Shown: piece after piece, positions 58,220 to 64,000 of the stretch
Layout: the number at the start of each line of letters is the position of its first letter
Position numbering within the stretch: position 1 is the first letter of the stretch
Origin: a virus
DNA length: 64,000 nucleotides
Virus record (IMG/VR): IMGVR_UViG_3300050343_000122
Location: 1 to 64,000 of that record
Direction: 5' to 3' (one strand)
Notes under the pieces: generated by a model
The model's input: the letters and a program-made list of their open reading frames with translations, nothing else
Database searches by the model: none
Told to the model about the DNA's origin: nothing
Translations under genes and position numbers: made by a program

Positions 58220-60802
58220 TTAGCTTTTCTTTCTTCCTTTTGCGTTCTCTTTTGCTACAGCTAGATCATTTGCTTGATTGTCACGAGCTAGTTTTATTTT
58301 GTCTCGTTCAAGTTGTAGTTTCTGCTGTGATAAAGAGTTTCTATTGTTGATCTCTGCCATCTTTCCTTCAAACTCTTTATTTGCTTTGTTTGTTTCTGCT
58401 GACAGTTTAGATAGTTCTATTATATCAGGAGCACCTGAGTTATCAATGTCAGCCCCTACACCTTGTGGATCTTTAGCCATAGCATTAATAAGAGCTATCT
58501 CTTTTTTATTAACTCTATCAAGTTCATTTTGTCTATCTGCATTAGCTTGATCTTGCAACTTCATTTGGGCAGCTTGTTGTAATGCAGCCTGGGCTTGTTG
58601 TTGTTGAGCCTCTTGCTGTTGTTGCTGCATTTGAAGTTGTTGTTGTTGTTGAGCATCCATCTTATCTCTGAGATCCTTAAATGTTTTCTTCATCTCTCTC
58701 ATTGATTTGGTGCTGTATAATTCTATTACATCATAAAGCGTACCACCGTTTTGAATAACTGCTTGTGATAATTGTCTAAGCTCATTAAACATTTGAGTGT
58801 CTTCAGGTCTATTAGTTAAGAATACTTGAAGATCACGTAATGATAGGTCTGTACCGTTAACTTGCACAAATGCAGACTCACCTTCATTAGTTATATATGA
58901 TAATGTAGATTGTGGTTTCTGACTTTCTATATATAGAGCTGAATCTACAATTGCTTGATATAATTGTCCTGTTACATACTCATGAGCAACGAATAGAGGC
59001 TCTGTCTGAGAGTAACTCTGTTGCATTGCTGTGTTTGTAGCTGTGGCTGTTTCTGATGCAGCTATAGATCCCATACGTTGTTTCGACATACCAATGAGCT
59101 CCCAACATTCTACTTTCATTTGTTGTGCTAGGGTATATCTTGATTGTATTTCCTGTGTACGTGTAAGATCTAGTGATGTGAACTGGTTAAATGAACTTGG
59201 AGCTTTTAAGTTCTCTGGACTATCATCTACAAATACTACACCCCTATTTCTTGCTTCCATTTCCCACATCTCTAATGCATCTTGTGAGTCTCCATCTTTA
59301 GGAATAGGAATGTGGCGTAAAGACATAAGCTGAACTTTACCCATCTCCTTCTCTAGTAACTTATATAATTGATTCATGCAAACATTATAGATAACCTGAA
59401 AAGGTTTCATTAAGTCTACTAAAGATTTAGCTTCTGTATTCTTCTGCTCATAAACTGTACCTATAATAGGACAGTAGTCTAGTAGTTTATAAGGTTTAAC
59501 ATGATAGATGTCTGCACCTATTTTAATTCCTTGATACCATTGATTTACCCATCCCCACTCTAGTGAGATTTGTGTAGGCATCATACCATTCTTGTAATTT
59601 TCATCTACAAGTGTAGATTGTTCATTACCTAGTTCGTCTAAATATATAAGTCTACCAATTTTCTTTTTAGAAACCCAATAGCTTCTGAGAACTACATACT
59701 TGTATCCAAACGCTGACACATTATTAGTTAGACCTAAAAAGTCTCTCAACCCATCATCGTTCTCCTTCATTTCAGACTCTATAATCATACGTGTCTGTAA
59801 TACTAAAGGATCATAAGTATCGTAAGTAATAGAATCAGCACCTGGTGTAACATCTGGATTAGTAAGGTTAGATTCTGAAACATTTAACAGTCCATAGTTT
59901 TCAAGAGATGATCTTAAGTGATCAATCTCTTCTTTAGTTAGTTCTGGAACTGCTTCAATTATTTCTGATAGCTCCATTACTTCTACTGTACCTGCAGCAT
60001 ATGCTCCTTGTTTTCTACCTGTAGGATCAGATATATACTTCTTATTAGGTGTAGTTAAATACCAAGTATTTCTAGGATTACATACTTCTATGTTATATCC
60101 TGCCTTAGAGTTATCTTCATAAATGTGATAGAATTGACGTGCAGATATTAGAAGGTCTCTAAATGCTTCCTCTGACTTTTCTTTCATATTAAAGTCTGCT
60201 TTCTGTGCAGTAAGGACATGGTTGGCCCACTTTTCTGCTACAGAGGTGTAACTATCAAGTTGATCTTTTACTTGATCAAATGTAAGTTTCTCTAAATCTT
60301 CTTGACTTATTTCTTCTCCAGCAATGGATGCTTTTTGAACAACTTGTTCTTTTACTTTTCCTACAACGTACGCTTTTAATGTGTCTGTTTTAAATTGTAG
60401 CTCCTGAGCTTGACTGTCATCATCAAATGCCTTCACTCTAAATGAATCAGGACGTTTTGATATCTCACCTACAAGTTCGTTTACTGGAGTAGTTACAATA
60501 GAATACATCTTTACATAAGCAGGTAAGTCTGCATCTGAAACTAATTGATCTGTAAAGCTTCTTACTTCTGGCTCCTGATAAAAATCTTCTCTACGAAGAA
60601 TTCCTTTCATTAGATCATAGTTCTTTACAAACGTATCCCTATTTCTTATATACATTGCATATGCTTGATTTGCAAAGTAGTCCATTGTGTTCTTAACCCA
60701 ACTGTCATCTTGTTTCTGCTTCTCAGTTTTAAACTGATCAGGAAATATATTTAAGTACGCATACTTAACTGTTGAATCGTTTGAATATCTTATAATTGCC
60801 AT
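58220..60802 (-). CDS. Portal protein
   Basis: 860 aa directly after TerL. SLVDLMKPFQVIYN, LIGMSKQRMG and Q-rich barrel; crAss-like portal motifs. Confidence 0.9.
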   Translation of the reverse strand: MAIIRYSNDSTVKYAYLNIFPDQFKTEKQKQDDSWVKNTMDYFANQAYAMYIRNRDTFVKNYDLMKGILRREDFYQEPEVRSFTDQLVSDADLPAYVKMYSIVTTPVNELVGEISKRPDSFRVKAFDDDSQAQELQFKTDTLKAYVVGKVKEQVVQKASIAGEEISQEDLEKLTFDQVKDQLDSYTSVAEKWANHVLTAQKADFNMKEKSEEAFRDLLISARQFYHIYEDNSKAGYNIEVCNPRNTWYLTTPNKKYISDPTGRKQGAYAAGTVEVMELSEIIEAVPELTKEEIDHLRSSLENYGLLNVSESNLTNPDVTPGADSITYDTYDPLVLQTRMIIESEMKENDDGLRDFLGLTNNVSAFGYKYVVLRSYWVSKKKIGRLIYLDELGNEQSTLVDENYKNGMMPTQISLEWGWVNQWYQGIKIGADIYHVKPYKLLDYCPIIGTVYEQKNTEAKSLVDLMKPFQVIYNVCMNQLYKLLEKEMGKVQLMSLRHIPIPKDGDSQDALEMWEMEARNRGVVFVDDSPENLKAPSSFNQFTSLDLTRTQEIQSRYTLAQQMKVECWELIGMSKQRMGSIAASETATATNTAMQQSYSQTEPLFVAHEYVTGQLYQAIVDSALYIESQKPQSTLSYITNEGESAFVQVNGTDLSLRDLQVFLTNRPEDTQMFNELRQLSQAVIQNGGTLYDVIELYSTKSMREMKKTFKDLRDKMDAQQQQQLQMQQQQQEAQQQQAQAALQQAAQMKLQDQANADRQNELDRVNKKEIALINAMAKDPQGVGADIDNSGAPDIIELSKLSAETNKANKEFEGKMAEINNRNSLSQQKLQLERDKIKLARDNQANDLAVAKENAKGRKKS

Positions 60803-62823
60803 TATGAAAAAAGTTTATTTCTTTTTCTACCAAAGAGTCCCCTTGACTCTGTAAATAGAATATTTTTCTTATTTTGTTTACGGAATGATGAAAATCTTTC
60901 ATCTTCTTTTGCACCCACTTTACCTATCATTGGATCTAGTTTCATTGCTAGTCCTACGGCTAATTCAGCTGCAATAATTCGGTCAAAGTTACCTGACTCG
61001 TTATATTGTATCATTTCTTCAAGCAGTACAGGGTCTAATATTTTAGACATACCTTTTACCTCTGATACTGTTTCTCCTTCTTCATTGGTTTCTGTGTGTA
61101 CCACTTCTTCAGTGTATTTCTTCAAACAACTATGTAAGAAGTCTCGTATCTTTTCTGAAGATCTATGTATACCGTAGTCACGTCTCACGGTAGTATTTGG
61201 TACTATTTCTTTTAACCACTGTGGTTGTTTTTCTAAATAATGAGCATCTCCTTTGTTAATCATGTAGTCAATAAAGGATATCTCATCATTTTCACACAAT
61301 GCTCTTGCATTGTAGTACTTTATTAGGTATCTAGCTTGTTCTTCCCAGGTTTCTTTCTTGTCTGGACGTGCACAATAGCTTGCAACAAACATATCTTGGT
61401 ACTTTTCTCCAGATATAGCATGCATACGCTTATATATGTATACAGAACCTAATGATGAGCTATATGCTGATTTACCCTGTCTATATGGGTCAATACCTGC
61501 AACATATAAGCCATATGGAGGATTTTCTATAGGAAACTCGTATATAATCACCGGTGCATCCTTCATATCAGTCTGCTTTAGTGGAAAGTTAGTTATAGGA
61601 AGCTTATCTGTAAAATCATGCTTTACTCCTTCTCCATCATCGTATAATATAACAGGTGTACCTGTTTTTTCTTGTTCTGATATTCTGTACTTCTGACGCT
61701 TGGCTGCTTCTATGTCAAATATGTTTGTATCTTCATTCAAGAATATATCATCTACGTCTTGAGGATAATACATCTTTTCTTTTAAGTAAGCAACTCTATC
61801 ACCAGCCTTCTTTAATCTTTCTAGGATATCGTTTGTGATCTCTGTTGCCTTCTCTTCATTTGATACTAGCATAGGGATCTTAGAAAGGGAAGAAGACTTT
61901 TCTTTATTTAAGAAACTACCTAATGTAGATTCTTCTTTTGCCTCCATTCTATATTTATGTGATATGAATAATCCATGGATACGCTTCTCATCTTTTTGGT
62001 TATTGTACGTAAGAAAGTTAAAATTATCTACGTCAAACATTAATGACTTTGCATCCATAAACATTTTCATGTCACCACCTGTACCTGTAAGAATGGGACT
62101 ACATCCCCATCCAAAAGGTGTGGTAAATCCTGGTATTGCAGCTTGTAAGCCACGTAAGAAGTTACCTTTACCTATCTCATCAATAATAAGTCTACGAGGT
62201 TTTGTACCTGCAATAGCTTCTTCATTATTACCTCCATCCAAGTTACGAATAAGGATCTGTGAGAATGGTATTCTTGTACCAGATTTAGTTTTTATACCAA
62301 GTGTTACTTGATTTTTCCAGTTATCTTCTACTCTTTGCCATCTCCATTCTTTTGGTAAAAAGTTTAAACCTTTATCAATCTTATCTGTAATCAACTTTAT
62401 ATCAGGTGCATTCAAACCTGCAATAATGTTTTGAGAGTTTTCATCAAAGGTAGCACCATGACCAATATAACTAGCTTCTATCACTGACTTAGCAAAACGT
62501 CTAATTCCTAATATCACTAGACCTTTCTTTTCTTTGTGAGCTCTATCTATCTCATTAGTTACCAACCACTCATTGTCACGTAATAATGGATTTGAATACT
62601 TTTGATTAATCCTACCGTACTCATCAATTATATCTACCTCTGTGTGCCAGAAGTTTAAGTGCCAATATAAGAATGGATTTATATATGTACCATCTACTGT
62701 ACATCCATTCATACACACCTCCTTATGAAAATCAAAAAATGCTTTATGCTCTTCTGAGTCTGGATCTGGAATTCGTTTCTGATTTATAAACCACTCAGAG
62801 TATTGCAAGTTTTGATAATCCAT
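60802..62823 (-). CDS. terL: Terminase large subunit
   Basis: Walker A-like GIRRFAKS, Walker B LIIDEIG and TGTGG; nuclease motifs YVAGIDPY and NFDRI. Confidence 0.93.
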   Translation of the reverse strand: MDYQNLQYSEWFINQKRIPDPDSEEHKAFFDFHKEVCMNGCTVDGTYINPFLYWHLNFWHTEVDIIDEYGRINQKYSNPLLRDNEWLVTNEIDRAHKEKKGLVILGIRRFAKSVIEASYIGHGATFDENSQNIIAGLNAPDIKLITDKIDKGLNFLPKEWRWQRVEDNWKNQVTLGIKTKSGTRIPFSQILIRNLDGGNNEEAIAGTKPRRLIIDEIGKGNFLRGLQAAIPGFTTPFGWGCSPILTGTGGDMKMFMDAKSLMFDVDNFNFLTYNNQKDEKRIHGLFISHKYRMEAKEESTLGSFLNKEKSSSLSKIPMLVSNEEKATEITNDILERLKKAGDRVAYLKEKMYYPQDVDDIFLNEDTNIFDIEAAKRQKYRISEQEKTGTPVILYDDGEGVKHDFTDKLPITNFPLKQTDMKDAPVIIYEFPIENPPYGLYVAGIDPYRQGKSAYSSSLGSVYIYKRMHAISGEKYQDMFVASYCARPDKKETWEEQARYLIKYYNARALCENDEISFIDYMINKGDAHYLEKQPQWLKEIVPNTTVRRDYGIHRSSEKIRDFLHSCLKKYTEEVVHTETNEEGETVSEVKGMSKILDPVLLEEMIQYNESGNFDRIIAAELAVGLAMKLDPMIGKVGAKEDERFSSFRKQNKKNILFTESRGLFGRKRNKLFS

Positions 62824-63152
62824 TAATCTCTAGTTTTTAGAAAATCTTCAGCCATACTACCTAGTGCTGCACCTCCTCTTGTTTCCACTTTTTTAACTTC
62901 CTTCTCACGAAGATTGTCTACCTGACCTAATAAGGCTAAGTAGTTTTTCATGGTATCTTGTATAAATTTACCTTGTGATTCAATAGAAGCTACAACCATA
63001 GGTATAGATCCACCATTTGCAGTTTGCTTATACTCTATCCTGTCTTTTAAAGATGGAAGAGGGTTTGCATCTACATAAGCTTTCCATTGGACCAACTGTT
63101 GTTCAGCCCAATCTAATTCTGCATTTATGTATGTAGTTTTCTTTACTGGCAT
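62823..63152 (-). CDS. Hypothetical protein (possible terminase small subunit)
   Basis: 109-aa helical protein coupled to terL by a TAATG overlap; role inferred from position only. Confidence 0.45.
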   Translation of the reverse strand: MPVKKTTYINAELDWAEQQLVQWKAYVDANPLPSLKDRIEYKQTANGGSIPMVVASIESQGKFIQDTMKNYLALLGQVDNLREKEVKKVETRGGAALGSMAEDFLKTRD

Positions 63153-63159
63153 TCATTTT

Positions 63160-63408
63160 TTATTTACCTATTGACATTCCGTCTTCTATAATTTTGTTTA
63201 AATCAAAATTATCATCAAGTAACTCCACTGCATCCAGTTTAGCTTGGTAGTCATTTAGGAGATTATAAAACTTTTTATCTGAGATAGACCATACATCTTC
63301 TCCATCTAATGCTGTGGCAATATGTTTGCCTATGTTCATTTTAGGGTGAGTCTTTTTAAGCAGGTCTATAATATTAATTATCTTTTGTACGTACATTGGT
63401 TTAATCAA
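63160..63408 (-). CDS. Hypothetical protein
   Basis: 82 aa, co-oriented and tightly packed with its neighbours. Confidence 0.6.
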   Translation of the reverse strand: MIKPMYVQKIINIIDLLKKTHPKMNIGKHIATALDGEDVWSISDKKFYNLLNDYQAKLDAVELLDDNFDLNKIIEDGMSIGK

Positions 63409-63691
63409 TTAGGTCATTTATATCTTCGTCTGATATAGGGGGTAAATTTTCTTCGTAATCTTGTTCAGTAACCATATACTCTGGATCAGTGTCATACATT
63501 TTGTTTTCTTCTGTTTCTTGATCGACATAGTACTCAGGTTTAACTGTAATCTTAATCATGTCTTGATCTGAGTCAGTTGGTTCACCTTCTATATCTATAA
63601 AGTCTGCACCATCATCATATATCTTCTTAAGCATATCTATTAATGCCATAATAGACACTTTTCTTAGTTTTGTAAATCTCTTTGCACTCAT
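63401..63691 (-). CDS. Acidic hypothetical protein
   Basis: 96 aa; ATGA overlap with the upstream gene. Confidence 0.6.
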   Translation of the reverse strand: MSAKRFTKLRKVSIMALIDMLKKIYDDGADFIDIEGEPTDSDQDMIKITVKPEYYVDQETEENKMYDTDPEYMVTEQDYEENLPPISDEDINDLID

Positions 63692-63990
63692 AACTCATAT
63701 TCTTCAATTACATCTTGTTGTTCATCATTTAACACTGCCAACCATTTGTGTATAGGGCATTCGCAAGATAGGCATTTTGTTTTAGCTGACAAAGTACAAC
63801 CGCAACTAACACAATGTGCATCCGGTCTAACCACTTTATGATTCTTTGAATGGTTAGGACAATCTTCACATATGGCCATGCGTTCTGCACTCACCAAGTC
63901 TATCTGCTCCACCATATCGGCATCAGGGAGTAGCTTATTCTTCCATCCTTCGTATATCTGACCTACGTTGATTTTTAGATTTTTATACAT
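63688..63990 (-). CDS. Cys-rich putative zinc-binding protein
   Basis: RMAICEDCP...CVSCGC.L.AKT..LSCECP..KW pattern. Confidence 0.7.
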   Translation of the reverse strand: MYKNLKINVGQIYEGWKNKLLPDADMVEQIDLVSAERMAICEDCPNHSKNHKVVRPDAHCVSCGCTLSAKTKCLSCECPIHKWLAVLNDEQQDVIEEYEL

Positions 63991-64000
63991 TAGTCCTGTA

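Noticed and set aside
362-62311. All other plus-strand ORFs and short minus-strand alternative-frame ORFs in the track
   Set aside because: They overlap long, motif-bearing minus-strand genes and have no recognisable motifs.
55185-62823. Introns or inteins in terL, portal or MCP
   Set aside because: The ORFs are continuous and of ordinary length, with no intein or homing-endonuclease motifs noticed.
1-64000. Stop-codon reassignment (TAG or TGA), known in some crAss-like phages
   Set aside because: Genes are full length under code 11. TAG ends genes at 39074 and 43189, and TGA ends the gene at 63688. The break at 50329 is a frameshift, not read-through, because further stops follow in frame.
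1-64000. tRNA or rRNA genes
   Set aside because: The intergenic gaps are short, and none shows a cloverleaf or T-loop consensus by eye.

Overview
The window is the virion-morphogenesis and injected-cargo region of a crAss-like (Crassvirales-type) podophage, most likely infecting a Bacteroidota host. The host call rests on TAnnTTTG promoter elements and AT-rich translation starts without Shine-Dalgarno sites; the genetic code is standard. All credible genes lie on the minus strand. In transcription order they are: small Zn-binding and acidic genes, terminase large subunit, portal, scaffold-like protein, major capsid protein, conserved crAss-like head/neck genes, a ~13 kb accessory block of Cys-rich fibre/adhesin-like genes, a metallophosphoesterase, ring/IHF-like/muzzle tail genes, three cargo proteins, a 4176-aa virion RNA polymerase (DFDID motif) and a cargo protein with a PD-(D/E)XK nuclease domain. 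The most striking feature is a combinatorial virion-decoration system. One ~70-aa N-terminal 'GPF' domain starts six ORFs. At least four other module types recur across different ORFs, joined by poly-Thr/Ser linkers, and the same linkers are grafted onto conserved chassis proteins (putative auxiliary capsid, hub and muzzle). The payloads include an intact chymotrypsin-like protease and a vWA-like domain whose gene carries two compensating frameshifts. Also notable: cargo proteins punctuated by (K/Y/M)-A/Q-x-GG motifs with tandem HExxH metalloproteases, two classes of upstream promoter motifs, and RNA hairpins with competing arms after the two capsid genes. Assignments to specific crAss structural roles rest on recalled family motifs and synteny, not on database searches. 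Module boundaries are approximate by-eye estimates.
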